Assembly: GCA_017652105.1 (NCBI GenBank)
Contig: JAGCBP010000020.1
Coordinates: forward strand, 41,935 to 105,934
DNA: 64,000 nucleotides
Direction of reading: 5' to 3'
From: Candidatus Saccharimonadota bacterium
GTDB lineage: Bacteria > Patescibacteriota > Saccharimonadia > Saccharimonadales > Saccharimonadaceae
Positions 1-9,695 of the stretch are shown here, in pieces. Under the pieces are notes generated by a model. It had not been told where the DNA came from, ran no database searches, and worked only from the letters and a program-made list of their open reading frames with translations. The position numbers were made by a program, and so were the translations under genes. Numbering within the stretch: the first letter of the stretch is position 1; each line of letters begins with the position of its first letter.

Positions 1-1197
1 TGCTTCTTGGATCTTACGGGTGGTATTGTTACTACTATTACCGCGCAAAAAAACGAATTAGAATCTCGCGGCCACACAGTTTACGTTTTTTCTAGCGCCT
101 ATCCAAAATCTGCCGCAGAGCTAAAGAAATTAGCCAAAGACCACATTTTTCCGGTCAAATCTTGCCGATTTTTTGGTCGTGGTCTCACCCCGATTGCTAG
201 AAGACCGCGCATCATCGAAAAACAAATTCTAAAAGAACATCCCGAGATTAAAGATTTTGATGTATTTTATGTCCACTACGAGGCGGGCTGCTCTATCGCC
301 GGCCTTAGGCTAGGCAAAGCGCTTAAAATCAAAACTATCCAAGTGATGCACGGCCGAGAAGACATCGGCGAGCAAAATCTCATTCCTACCGGCTTCAAAA
401 CTATTGTGGCAGTACTTTTAAATTGGTTTCATTCTTGGTATCTTCCCCACCCGGTCAAAATCAAACCAGACCATTATCTTGCCACCACTATCGCCGCCGC
501 CAAAATGTGGACTCTGATGGTGAACCATGCAAATTACGCTGATTTAGTGCTTACCCCATCTGAGCATTTCAAAGAGAAACTCTCAAAATATGGTGTCAAA
601 AAACCGCTAAAAGTCCTGCCAAACGGCGTAGATGATGCCCTTTTCGTGCCAGATTTAGCGCCAAAAGTCGTAAATCCTGGCGAACCACTTAGAATCATTT
701 GGCATTCCCGCGTGTCGGGCGAAAAGCGTATTATGCCCTTTCTTGAGGCCCTTACTAAAGTCAGTGGTGATTATCGCCTAGATATTTACGGCGATGGTAA
801 CGACCTTAAAAAGGCCAAAAAATACGTCAAAAAATACCATCTCAAAGCCAAGTTCCACGGTGTCAAACCCTTCAAAGAAATCTATCCCGAGATTATTAGA
901 AGCCATCTAGATGTCCTAAATTCTTACAATTTTGACACTTTCGGCATGACCTTGGTCGAGGCCGAATCGGCCGGCACTCCAGCTCTCTATGTGGATCCAG
1001 ACCTAAAAGAGGTCGTTCCCGCCTCCGGCTCGGTCCTCACCAAGTCATCTAGTGCTCAAGATGTGGCAGATGCTATCAATTCTCTCATCCAAAATCCCGC
1101 CAAAATCACTGAGATGTCCGCCGCCATGCTGGCCTACCGCAATGAAGTCAAGGTCTCTAAAATAGTTGATAAACTAGAAAAATATATTAAAATATAG
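1..1197 (+). CDS. GT4-family glycosyltransferase (diacylglycerol glycosyltransferase-like); 5' end probably outside the window
   Basis: Frame is open from base 1 and the first start-like codon is TTG at 7. The N-terminus looks truncated relative to GT4 enzymes. C-terminal GT-B donor-binding region (FDTFGMTLVEAESAGTPAL). Confidence 0.7.
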   Translation, partial: CFLDLTGGIVTTITAQKNELESRGHTVYVFSSAYPKSAAELKKLAKDHIFPVKSCRFFGRGLTPIARRPRIIEKQILKEHPEIKDFDVFYVHYEAGCSIAGLRLGKALKIKTIQVMHGREDIGEQNLIPTGFKTIVAVLLNWFHSWYLPHPVKIKPDHYLATTIAAAKMWTLMVNHANYADLVLTPSEHFKEKLSKYGVKKPLKVLPNGVDDALFVPDLAPKVVNPGEPLRIIWHSRVSGEKRIMPFLEALTKVSGDYRLDIYGDGNDLKKAKKYVKKYHLKAKFHGVKPFKEIYPEIIRSHLDVLNSYNFDTFGMTLVEAESAGTPALYVDPDLKEVVPASGSVLTKSSSAQDVADAINSLIQNPAKITEMSAAMLAYRNEVKVSKIVDKLEKYIKI

Positions 1198-1199
1198 AT

Positions 1200-1826
1200 A
1201 TGAGATACCTAGCCGACATTCTTACTTTTTCTCGAATTATCCTGGCTACAGTGCTGCTTTCCATGAGTTTTTGGAATGCGCCGCTTCACGCCGCCTTTAT
1301 TGTCTATATGGTCGGCGAGATTACCGATGCCTTGGATGGTACTTGCGCCACCAAATGGCCCTTTCCTAAGAACAAAACCCCTAAATATCGCAAATATGCT
1401 TCCAAATACGACATGTTTGCCGATGGTTTTATTGCTCTTGCTATGGTGCTTTTCTTTTCGCTTCGTGTCAGCTTAGTTGCCGGGCTTTCTTTCCTCATTC
1501 CGTATCTTATCATTGGCCTGATCGTCGAGTTTACTGTTTATGGCAAATTCATGGGCCACCCCGATGATTGTACCAAAAATTGCCTCATGCGCCGCAATTT
1601 TAAACTCGCCAAAAAAATCGTTTTGATTCGCCGCAATGTTTACCTCGCCATTCTCTTTACTATGGCGGTTTGGACTTTGTATGCTTCCGAGTGGTCGCTT
1701 CTCACCAAAAATATCATCATGGGTATTGGCCTGGCTGGTTCGCTCTTTTTCTGGATTTTCCTTCGGCAGCGCCGCCACAACATCTCTCGCGATGCCGTGG
1801 ATATTGAGAAAAAACTATCTAAATAG
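1200..1826 (+). CDS. CDP-alcohol phosphatidyltransferase-like membrane protein (divergent)
   Basis: Multi-TM 208-aa protein with a DALDG...D...ADG motif resembling the D-x2-DG-x2-AR...D-x3-D signature. Starts 3 nt after the GT4 stop. Confidence 0.5.
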   Translation: MRYLADILTFSRIILATVLLSMSFWNAPLHAAFIVYMVGEITDALDGTCATKWPFPKNKTPKYRKYASKYDMFADGFIALAMVLFFSLRVSLVAGLSFLIPYLIIGLIVEFTVYGKFMGHPDDCTKNCLMRRNFKLAKKIVLIRRNVYLAILFTMAVWTLYASEWSLLTKNIIMGIGLAGSLFFWIFLRQRRHNISRDAVDIEKKLSK

Positions 1827-2597
1827 CGCCGCCACCGTAGCCTCAATAAATTTATTGGGGTTGTAGAGGTTCAGGGTCATAATCCGTCCGGCCATTTCTC
1901 CACCCCAGATAGTCAAAGGCGAAAAACCGGTTTTTTCGAGTGGCACCACCTTCACCACCCCATTTTTTGAGACCAAAATCTGCCCTTCGTGCAAAATCAC
2001 TACCTGCACGGGATAGCTCAAAGTGAATTTATGGAAAACTTCCGTCACTTGCACCAAAGATTGCGAAAGTGTCAGCATTTTTGGATAGTACACACTTTTC
2101 AAAACCTTCTGCCATTGAACCGTAGAGCCAAAAATCGTCAAATTCTCTCGCATCAAAATTCTTTCCATTCCCTCATCCGCGATTAAATCCACCGCGTCGC
2201 GCGTCAAAATCACCGGTTTATCGGAATCTAAAAGGGCGCTAGAAATCGCCTTTCCGGTAATCTTATTTTTAGACAAGTCGCCAATCAGAAGGGCAAAATC
2301 CGCCCCGTTTACCACCGCCCTGATTTCTTCCGCATCAGAGAAAGAACCCACCTCGGTGCTTTTCAAAAAAACCAAATTATCTAGCGGTGGCAATGTAGAC
2401 TTCAAACTATCCGGTAGTACCACCCGAACCTCTTTAAGAGGAAAATTATTAGTCAGAAATTCCGCCGTTTTTACCACGGTTCGGAAATTTTGCCCACTCC
2501 CACCAATCACCGAAACCGTGCCCATTTTCTGCTCCTCGGGCACGTTGAAATAAAGATCCTTGTAAGGGTTCTCTGTGAGTTTTTCCATAAAATCCAT
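1815..2597 (-). CDS. Hypothetical protein, weakly YjeF-C/carbohydrate-kinase-like
   Basis: 260-aa ORF abutting the xth stop. The GGSGQN... and ...LLIGDLS...PVILTRDAVDLI pattern resembles NAD(P)H-hydrate dehydratase family proteins, but the match is degenerate. Confidence 0.3.
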   Translation of the reverse strand: MDFMEKLTENPYKDLYFNVPEEQKMGTVSVIGGSGQNFRTVVKTAEFLTNNFPLKEVRVVLPDSLKSTLPPLDNLVFLKSTEVGSFSDAEEIRAVVNGADFALLIGDLSKNKITGKAISSALLDSDKPVILTRDAVDLIADEGMERILMRENLTIFGSTVQWQKVLKSVYYPKMLTLSQSLVQVTEVFHKFTLSYPVQVVILHEGQILVSKNGVVKVVPLEKTGFSPLTIWGGEMAGRIMTLNLYNPNKFIEATVAALFR

Positions 2598-3374
2598 CTA
2601 CACCTCCAATTCTATCGAAATCGGACAATGGTCCGAGCCAAAAACATTTTCATAAATCTCCGCCGATTTCAAATCTGGCTTCAATTCATCCGAAATAAAG
2701 AAATAATCAATCCGCCAACCCACATTGTTTGCCCGAGCATTACCCCAATGACTCCACCAAGTGTAGCGCTCAGAATTAGGATGCAAAAACCGAAAAGTAT
2801 CAATAAACCCGGCCGCTAGAATATTTGAAATTCCCTTCCTCTCCTCATTAGTGAAGCCGGCATTGTGATGATTGTACTCCGGTCGCGCCAAATCAATCTC
2901 GTTGTGGGCCGCGTTAAAATCCCCACACGTGATTACCGGCTTAGTCTTTTCTAATTCTTTCAAAAGTTTCAAAAACTCCGGATCCCAACTCTCAAATCTA
3001 AGTTTTAGTCGTGATAGATCTGGCTTTGAATTTGGCGTATAAACATTCACAAGATAAAACTTTTCAAATTCCGCCAACAAGACTCTCCCCTCACTACCAA
3101 GGTCGCCGTAATTATCTTTACAATTAATTTTATAACAATTACTATCTAAAGGTTTGATTTTAGTAAAAATCGCCGTCCCTGAGTATCCTGGTCTATCGGC
3201 CGAATTCCAAATTTCCTCGTATTCCGGCAAATCTACCTCAGCCTGACCTTGTTTAGCTTTAGTTTCTTGTAAACACAAAATATCCGGCTGGTATTCATCG
3301 ATAAACGATCGCAATACACCCTTGTTGATTACCGCGCGAATTCCGTTCACATTCCACGAAAAAATTTTAAGCAT
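2598..3374 (-). CDS. xth: Exodeoxyribonuclease III
   Basis: MLKIFSWNVNGIRA N-terminus, a QETK motif and a C-terminal SDHCP motif. Start moved to the internal ATG at 3374; the longer ORF to 3449 would run through smpB. Confidence 0.9.
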   Translation of the reverse strand: MLKIFSWNVNGIRAVINKGVLRSFIDEYQPDILCLQETKAKQGQAEVDLPEYEEIWNSADRPGYSGTAIFTKIKPLDSNCYKINCKDNYGDLGSEGRVLLAEFEKFYLVNVYTPNSKPDLSRLKLRFESWDPEFLKLLKELEKTKPVITCGDFNAAHNEIDLARPEYNHHNAGFTNEERKGISNILAAGFIDTFRFLHPNSERYTWWSHWGNARANNVGWRIDYFFISDELKPDLKSAEIYENVFGSDHCPISIELEV

Positions 3375-3783
3375 ATCTACCTCTTTCAATGTCGCGTTTT
3401 TTGATAGTTTCCCGTTTGTCGTATTTTTTCTTACCTTTACCAACCGCAATTACTAGTTTAATATACCTTCCACCGCCAAGTAATCGCACCGGTACAATGG
3501 TCGAGCCAGCCACCTTGGCTCGCTCAAGCCCTTCGATTTGTTTGCGAGTAGCCAGCAACCTAATATCAGAAGTTGTATCCGCACCGAGTGTCAAACCATA
3601 AAGCCATAATTCGCCATTTCGAATTGCCACGTAAGAACCTTTGAGCTGCACATGATGATCGCGGATCAATCGCACTTGCGGACCAGTTAACGCCATGCCC
3701 ACAGAAAGCTCCTCGCCGAGCTGATAATCGTAATGCGCTCGCCGATTTACCGTCACCGAATCTGGCGTTTTTTTCTTTTTCAC
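3367..3783 (-). CDS. smpB: SsrA-binding protein SmpB
   Basis: NRRAHYDYQL motif, typical length, basic C-terminal tail. GTG start. Confidence 0.9.
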   Translation of the reverse strand: MKKKKTPDSVTVNRRAHYDYQLGEELSVGMALTGPQVRLIRDHHVQLKGSYVAIRNGELWLYGLTLGADTTSDIRLLATRKQIEGLERAKVAGSTIVPVRLLGGGRYIKLVIAVGKGKKKYDKRETIKKRDIERGRYA

Positions 3784-3790
3784 ACCTTAA

Positions 3791-6700
3791 TTATACCACT
3801 TTTACAGAGGTTTTACCAAGCAAAGCCTCCATCTCGTCTAAAAGATCTGGGCAAATATCTACCCTAAACGGCATTTTGAGGGCTTTTTTCTCGCTATTCT
3901 CAATTACCACTAGAACCACCTCTTGCATCCCCATATATTCATCGCCGAGTGCTCGTATCTTGCCGAGCAAATTCACGTCTTCCAAATCCTTAACTAAGAG
4001 AAACAGTTTTTGTTTTCTCGGGTCTTTGGGTATATTTTTGGCAACTTTTATGGCGTGGATCTCAGAGTCAGGTTTTTGCCTCCTTCGCCAAAACTCCTTA
4101 CCCTCCGGCTCTTTTGCCACCCACGGCTGGGCCAATCTAGTCCCGCTAGGCTGGTAATTTTCAAGAAAATTATCTGATATTACTTCCACCACATCCGCAA
4201 TAATTTTCGCATCGCTACCTATTGAACCATCTTTGTTTTTGGCATCTATCTTTCCCTGTACTCGCACCACATTATCCACTTCAAGTTTTGCCCCACACGC
4301 GGCAAAAATCCTTGGAAAAATCACTATCTCTACCTCGCGAGTTTTGTTTTCTATTTCAATAAATGCCATTTTGTCGCCTTTTGAAGTCAAAACGGTTTTT
4401 ACTTTGGTGATAATTCCCCCTACCACGGCCGTTTTACCTTGATTTTCTGGACAAATCATCCCCATCGGATGGGTTTGTTCGTCAAAATAGAGGTCGTATT
4501 TGTCTAGAGGATGTGCCGAGAGGTAGAGTCCCAGCAAATCTCTTTCCCACAGAAGTTGCTCTTTGGTAGAATGTTGAGTCGGCGCCGGCTCTATTTCCGG
4601 TTCGGAAATTTTGCCTGCTTCCCCCATCAGAGAGAACATATCTAGCGAGCCGGCACCCGATTTATTTTTTTGTTCCTTAGAGCCATAGGCTTGAATAGCC
4701 TCTAGATTAAATAGTAAATCACTCCTAGAATAGCCAAAACTGTCAAACGCACCGGTTTTAATCGCCGCTTCCCAAGCTTTTTTGTTGAATTTAGTGGAAT
4801 CTACGCGCTTAGCAAAATCGCACACGGATTTAAACGGTCCATTTTTGTCTCTTTCTGGTATCACAATCTCCTCAATTAGAGATTGCCCAATATTTTTTAC
4901 GCCGGATAGACCAAACCGAATAGTCTTTTTGCCTCCTACAATACCAAAATCACCAAAGCTTTGATTAATATCTGGCCCCAAAACTTTTAGCCCCATTCTC
5001 TTGCATTCGGCAATTTTTGGTGCAAGTTTCTCGGTTGATCGCTTCATTTCTGAGGTCATCAGAGCCGCCATGTAGGCGTCCGGGTAATGCGCTTTGAGGT
5101 AAGCTGTCCAATAAGCAATCAAGGCATAACACGCAGCGTGCGACTTATTAAAGCAGTAATTAGCAAAATCTAGTAGCTGAGTCCAAAAAGTCTCGGCGAT
5201 TTCTTTGGTCGCACCACCTACTTTGATGGCACCTTCAATGAACTGCGGCTTCACCTCGTTCATTAGTTTTACTTTTTTCTTTCCTACTGCCTTTCTCAGA
5301 GTATCTGCCTGCCCACCGGTAAAGCCGCACCATTCCTTTGAAATCTGCATGAACTGCTCTTGGTAAATCATGATGCCGTAAGTGCTCTTAAGCGCGTTTT
5401 CTAGCCCAGGATGAAGGTAGGTAATTGGCTCCTCACCGTGTTTCCTTCGAATAAACGAATCAATAAATTGCATCGGTCCCGGCCGATATAGCGCCACCAT
5501 CGCGATAATATCCTCAAAAGAGGAAGCTTTGAGGTCTTTAAGATATTTTTTCATGCCAGGTGATTCTAGCTGAAAAACCCCAGTAGTCTCGGCTCTCTGG
5601 AAAAGTTTAAAAGTTTTTTCATCATCTAGTGGTAAGCTACTCATATCAATATCATCGTGATAGACTTTGCGAATCATTCTGAGGGCATCGTTGATCACTG
5701 ATAGGTTAGCCAGCCCCAAAAAGTCCATTTTGAGCAGCCCGAGTTCTTCTACCTGAGTCATCGGAAATTGTACAGCTAGCGGCCCTTTGGCCGAAACTTC
5801 CAGCGGCAAAAACTTTACCAAATCATCTGGTGCGATTACTACCCCACAAGCGTGCACACCGTGGTTTCTGATAGTCCCCTCTAGTCTAGAGGCATAGTCG
5901 ATTACTTCTTTAGAAGTAAGGTTGGTGTCGTATTCTTGTTTTAGCTCCGGGATTTCTTTTAAAGCATCGGTAAGATGGATATGATGGCCCTGCACCGGGT
6001 CTGGCACCATCTTGGCTAGTCTATCCGCCTCATCGTAAGGCACTTCTAGGACTCTTGCCACATCACGCACCGCGTTTTTGGCCATCATTTTACCAAAAGT
6101 AGCGATATTAGACACCCGAGCATCCCCATATTTTTTGGTACAATATTCAATTACCTCGTTGCGCCTAGTATCCTGGATATCGGTATCAATATCCGGCATG
6201 CTAACCCTATCTGGATTCAAAAATCTTTCAAAAAGTAAATCGTACTTCAGAGGATCAAGCTCAGTGATTCTCAGCGCATAAGCCAGAATCGAACCAGCCG
6301 CCGAACCTCTCCCCGGTCCATAAACGATTCTCTGAGATTTTCCCCAGTTAATGAAATCTTGCACAATCAAGAAGTAACCGTTGTAGTTCATCTTGTCCAC
6401 TACTGATAACTCATAGTCAATTCGTGGTAAAATTTGGTGCATTTCATCGCGGTCTTTATCCACTTTTTCAAGAATTTTGCGACATTCTTTTACCGTAAGG
6501 TCGGTAGTTTCATCTAATTTTTTGCCACCGTACCGATAAACTAGCCCCTGAAAAACCAATTTATCTAGATAAGATTTTTCATCCTCACCCTTTGGTAGAG
6601 GAAACTTTGGAATCAAAATTCGCCCCAGTTGCAAATCTACATTACATCTTTCGGCGATTTTTCGAGTGTTGAGAACTGCTTCCGGGCAAGTGTCTTGCCA

Positions 6701-7492
6701 ATGCTCAATAATTTCCTCTGCCGGTATCACATGGAGGTCGTAATCTTTGAGAGTCATCCGGTTTTGATCGGAAAGATAAGCGGCGGTCCCAACGCATAGC
6801 AAAATCTCGTGCGCATCCTGATCAGACTTATTCAAATAGTGCGCGTCACAAGTTACTACTAGTTGCAACCCCAATTCTTTAGCATGTTTCATATGCCAAT
6901 CGTTTATTTTTTTCTGCTCTGCCGAATGCGTAGAGGACAGAGGATGCCCGTGATCTTGCATTTCGAGATAAAATCGATCCCCAAAAACTTTTTTATACCA
7001 ATCAATTAGCTTCAATGCCCTTTCATCATCATCGGCCCTAATTGCTTCAGAAATTTCTGAGCCCATACATCCAGAAAGACAAATGATTCCCTCGTTATAT
7101 TTTTCTAGCATTTCGTGGTCGGTTCGCGGTTTGTAGTATTTTCCGTTAATCTCAGCGTCGGTCATGATTCTACAGAGATTCTCATAGCCTTGATTATTCA
7201 TCGCCAGAAGCGTAACGTGAAATCTCCGCTTGTCATGCTCGGGTTCCTTGTCGGTTCTTTTTCTGGCCGCCACGTAGGCCTCTAGCCCCAGAATTGGCTT
7301 AATTCCGGCCGCATTACAACATTCATACAGTTCCACCAGCCCACTCATCGTGCCGTGGTCGGTTACTGCCACCGCTTCCATCCCATCATTTTTGACAAAA
7401 TCAACCAATTCTGGTACTTTGGTAAGACCATCTAAAAGCGAATAATGGGTATGATTGTGCAAGTGCACAAAATCACGCGGTGTCAATTTCAT
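3791..7492 (-). CDS. dnaE: DNA polymerase III alpha subunit
   Basis: 1233 aa. N-terminal PHP domain (HLHNHTHYSLLDG), palm/fingers motifs and a C-terminal OB region. Confidence 0.97.
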   Translation of the reverse strand: MKLTPRDFVHLHNHTHYSLLDGLTKVPELVDFVKNDGMEAVAVTDHGTMSGLVELYECCNAAGIKPILGLEAYVAARKRTDKEPEHDKRRFHVTLLAMNNQGYENLCRIMTDAEINGKYYKPRTDHEMLEKYNEGIICLSGCMGSEISEAIRADDDERALKLIDWYKKVFGDRFYLEMQDHGHPLSSTHSAEQKKINDWHMKHAKELGLQLVVTCDAHYLNKSDQDAHEILLCVGTAAYLSDQNRMTLKDYDLHVIPAEEIIEHWQDTCPEAVLNTRKIAERCNVDLQLGRILIPKFPLPKGEDEKSYLDKLVFQGLVYRYGGKKLDETTDLTVKECRKILEKVDKDRDEMHQILPRIDYELSVVDKMNYNGYFLIVQDFINWGKSQRIVYGPGRGSAAGSILAYALRITELDPLKYDLLFERFLNPDRVSMPDIDTDIQDTRRNEVIEYCTKKYGDARVSNIATFGKMMAKNAVRDVARVLEVPYDEADRLAKMVPDPVQGHHIHLTDALKEIPELKQEYDTNLTSKEVIDYASRLEGTIRNHGVHACGVVIAPDDLVKFLPLEVSAKGPLAVQFPMTQVEELGLLKMDFLGLANLSVINDALRMIRKVYHDDIDMSSLPLDDEKTFKLFQRAETTGVFQLESPGMKKYLKDLKASSFEDIIAMVALYRPGPMQFIDSFIRRKHGEEPITYLHPGLENALKSTYGIMIYQEQFMQISKEWCGFTGGQADTLRKAVGKKKVKLMNEVKPQFIEGAIKVGGATKEIAETFWTQLLDFANYCFNKSHAACYALIAYWTAYLKAHYPDAYMAALMTSEMKRSTEKLAPKIAECKRMGLKVLGPDINQSFGDFGIVGGKKTIRFGLSGVKNIGQSLIEEIVIPERDKNGPFKSVCDFAKRVDSTKFNKKAWEAAIKTGAFDSFGYSRSDLLFNLEAIQAYGSKEQKNKSGAGSLDMFSLMGEAGKISEPEIEPAPTQHSTKEQLLWERDLLGLYLSAHPLDKYDLYFDEQTHPMGMICPENQGKTAVVGGIITKVKTVLTSKGDKMAFIEIENKTREVEIVIFPRIFAACGAKLEVDNVVRVQGKIDAKNKDGSIGSDAKIIADVVEVISDNFLENYQPSGTRLAQPWVAKEPEGKEFWRRRQKPDSEIHAIKVAKNIPKDPRKQKLFLLVKDLEDVNLLGKIRALGDEYMGMQEVVLVVIENSEKKALKMPFRVDICPDLLDEMEALLGKTSVKVV

Positions 7493-7505
7493 ATTGACAA
7501 CCTAA

Positions 7506-7790
7506 CTATTTTTTCTTAGCAGTTTTTGCGGTTTTTGTAGTTTCTTTTGTGGCTTTTTCGGCTTTTTCAGCTTCTTTTTCGGCTAGTTTAGCAGCTTTTT
7601 CAAGCTCTGCGTCTTCTTTTTTTTCTGCTTCCTCAACTTCACGAGCTTTCTTGGAAATGAAATGTCCTGCTACCGCACCAGCTACTGCGCCTAGCGCTGC
7701 ACCCAATAAAAACTTACCTTTGCCACTACTTTTTTTCTCGGTCACTTTAGTCTCCTTTGCTGATTTTTTAGTACTTTTTTTATCCGCCAT
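7506..7790 (-). CDS. YtxH-like small protein with a Lys/Ala/Glu-rich tail
   Basis: Gly/Ala-rich hydrophobic helix (LLGAALGAVAGAVAGHF) followed by a charged low-complexity tail. Confidence 0.5.
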   Translation of the reverse strand: MADKKSTKKSAKETKVTEKKSSGKGKFLLGAALGAVAGAVAGHFISKKAREVEEAEKKEDAELEKAAKLAEKEAEKAEKATKETTKTAKTAKKK

Positions 7791-8068
7791 TAGTCCTCCT
7801 TTTCTTTGGTGGTTTTCTTATTTTCTTTTAATTTCGGCTCTACGTATTTGTCCACAAAAGTTTGTACCACCCCACCAATCGAAGTCATCCCCCGTACATT
7901 TGAAACTACTCCATTGGCATTTTCGGCAATATCTTGACTTTTGATTACTACCCGCTTAGCTTCATCGGCAATGCCGAGTAGTTTTACCATCAAAACGATG
8001 CCAATGATTAGAAACACAAACAGTGTTATCGATAAGATTGCTACTAATATCCATTCTGCTACATTCAT
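7790..8068 (-). CDS. DUF948-like small membrane protein
   Basis: One N-terminal TM helix followed by a helical domain. ATGA overlap with the galU stop. Pairing with a YtxH-like gene resembles the Firmicute ytxG/ytxH pair. Confidence 0.45.
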   Translation of the reverse strand: MNVAEWILVAILSITLFVFLIIGIVLMVKLLGIADEAKRVVIKSQDIAENANGVVSNVRGMTSIGGVVQTFVDKYVEPKLKENKKTTKEKED

Positions 8069-8961
8069 TTGTTATTCATCTCCTTTAGTTTATTATAGCA
8101 CATTTCTATGACTTCTTCTTTGTAATCAGCGTTATTAAGAACATACTCAAGCAAGGTCATAAAGTAATTTTTTGGATCGCCAGTAGTCATCCATTTACCT
8201 GTACTTCTTGCGGTTAGTACATCGCCGTTTTCGGCAAGCTTAGTAATGGCATCCACAGTCCAAAGCTCTCCATCCAGACCGGTGTTGGATGGTACCAAAA
8301 AGTCAAACACTTCCGGGGTGAGCAGATATCGCCCGTAGCTTGCTAAATTGCTTGGCGACAAATCCGGCGTTTTTGGTTTTTCTACGATATGAGAAAGTGT
8401 ACCATTCTCTTTTAGGGCTACCATGCCGTATTTATTCCAGACTGATTCCGGTAGTTCCGTCACCGCAATTACCGCCTTGGCATCCTCGTTTTGATGATAA
8501 GCCTCAATTAAAGTTTTTACATCTGAATTTCCAAAAATCAGATCATCACTATAGAGTACCACAAAAGCATCCTCGTTTTCTACGTATGGTTTCGCCGAAA
8601 CAATGGGCGAACCGTTACCATAAGGTAAATTTTTGTCTTGTTCGATTACGGTAATCTTTGGGAAATTCAAAACTTCTTTAACCGGTTCAAAACGTTCAGA
8701 TTTGCCTTGTTTTTCTAATAATTTTTCTACATTTTCGGCTTTGTCATGGAAATAATTATCATAAATTTCTCTCGCCATGCTGTCAGGCGTTGCCACGATA
8801 ATAATTTCTTCGATTCCAGCCTCTACGCATTCTTCTACGCAGAGCTGCATAGCCGGTTTAGCGCCAATTGGTACCATCGCTTTTGGTATAGTTTTAGTGA
8901 TTGGTAGATATCTACTTGCAAATCCCGCATCAGTAATGATTGCTTTTTTGACAGTTTTCAT
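8065..8961 (-). CDS. galU: UTP--glucose-1-phosphate uridylyltransferase
   Basis: N-terminal nucleotidyltransferase motif (KAIITDAGFASRYLPITKTIPKAMVPI) and typical length. Shine-Dalgarno (SD) sequence AGGAGAACC upstream. Confidence 0.75.
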   Translation of the reverse strand: MKTVKKAIITDAGFASRYLPITKTIPKAMVPIGAKPAMQLCVEECVEAGIEEIIIVATPDSMAREIYDNYFHDKAENVEKLLEKQGKSERFEPVKEVLNFPKITVIEQDKNLPYGNGSPIVSAKPYVENEDAFVVLYSDDLIFGNSDVKTLIEAYHQNEDAKAVIAVTELPESVWNKYGMVALKENGTLSHIVEKPKTPDLSPSNLASYGRYLLTPEVFDFLVPSNTGLDGELWTVDAITKLAENGDVLTARSTGKWMTTGDPKNYFMTLLEYVLNNADYKEEVIEMCYNKLKEMNNK

Positions 8962-8979
8962 GGTTCTCCTTAAAACTTA

Positions 8980-8988
8980 ATTATATCA
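8980..8988 (-). promoter_or_regulatory. Extended -10 (TGaTATAAT) upstream of galU
   Basis: Reverse complement of 8980-8988 reads TGATATAAT, about 19 nt upstream of the galU ATG. Confidence 0.45.
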
Positions 8989-8997
8989 TATCTAGAG

Positions 8998-9031
8998 CCA
9001 AAAAACCTAGAATGATAAAATTCTAGGTTTT
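8998..9031 (-). terminator. Rho-independent terminator after the HdeD-like gene
   Basis: Roughly 10-bp stem (core ACCTAGAAT/ATTCTAGGT, 6-nt loop) followed by a T-run on the minus strand. Confidence 0.7.
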
Positions 9032-9038
9032 GTTTAGC

Positions 9039-9647
9039 TTATTTTTTTGCTGATTTTTTGCGTTTCTTGGTCCTTGCTTCGCTTCTAGCTACCTTATCCT
9101 CAATGTTTTGTGAGCGATTATGTACACCATAGACGAGGCTAGTTATACCTACCACCAACATATAAACGCCAAAGAACCTTACGAAGGTCATTAGTTCAAA
9201 TTCGCCCGCATTAAAAATTACGGCACCCATCACACAGCCAATCACCCCAGCTAGCACTCGGATAAACCGGTCGGTTGGATCCACCGTAGAAAGAAAACCG
9301 TGGAAAATATCAATCAATCCAGATACGATGGTATACACGGCGATTACCACAAGAGTATTTACTAAATTACCTTTGGCAAAGAATAACAACGCGAGCGCCG
9401 CCACGATGTCTACTAGAGCATCTATTACTGAGTTAAACCAACCGTGTTTTTTGACTGAGGCGTAAAGTGCGCTCACTGCATCAATAATCCCCATCAAAAG
9501 TAGAAATACTACAATCACGGAATTTACTATTTCTAAATCTGTGTTAGTACTAAACAGCGCCAAAAAACCAAAAATCGCCGCCATCAAGCCTCTAACTATA
9601 AACACAAACCAGTGTTTATCTATAAATCTTCTATTGATGTGTGCCAT
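9039..9647 (-). CDS. HdeD/DUF308-like multi-TM membrane protein
   Basis: About six TM helices with repeated short hydrophobic units and a basic C-terminal tail. Confidence 0.45.
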   Translation of the reverse strand: MAHINRRFIDKHWFVFIVRGLMAAIFGFLALFSTNTDLEIVNSVIVVFLLLMGIIDAVSALYASVKKHGWFNSVIDALVDIVAALALLFFAKGNLVNTLVVIAVYTIVSGLIDIFHGFLSTVDPTDRFIRVLAGVIGCVMGAVIFNAGEFELMTFVRFFGVYMLVVGITSLVYGVHNRSQNIEDKVARSEARTKKRKKSAKK

Positions 9648-9678
9648 AAAATCACCCTGTTTAAATGCTTATGTTTAT

Positions 9679-9689
9679 ATTATACCACA
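9679..9689 (-). promoter_or_regulatory. Extended -10 (TGTGgTATAAT) for the HdeD-like gene
   Basis: Reverse complement of 9679-9689 reads TGTGGTATAAT, about 32 nt upstream of the ATG at 9647. Confidence 0.5.
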
Positions 9690-9695
9690 AAAATT

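Noticed and set aside
7549-7944. 131-aa plus-strand ORF opposite the YtxH-like and DUF948-like genes
   Set aside because: The product is a Ser/Ala/Phe low-complexity mirror image of the Lys/Ala/Glu-rich minus-strand gene. No expression signals.
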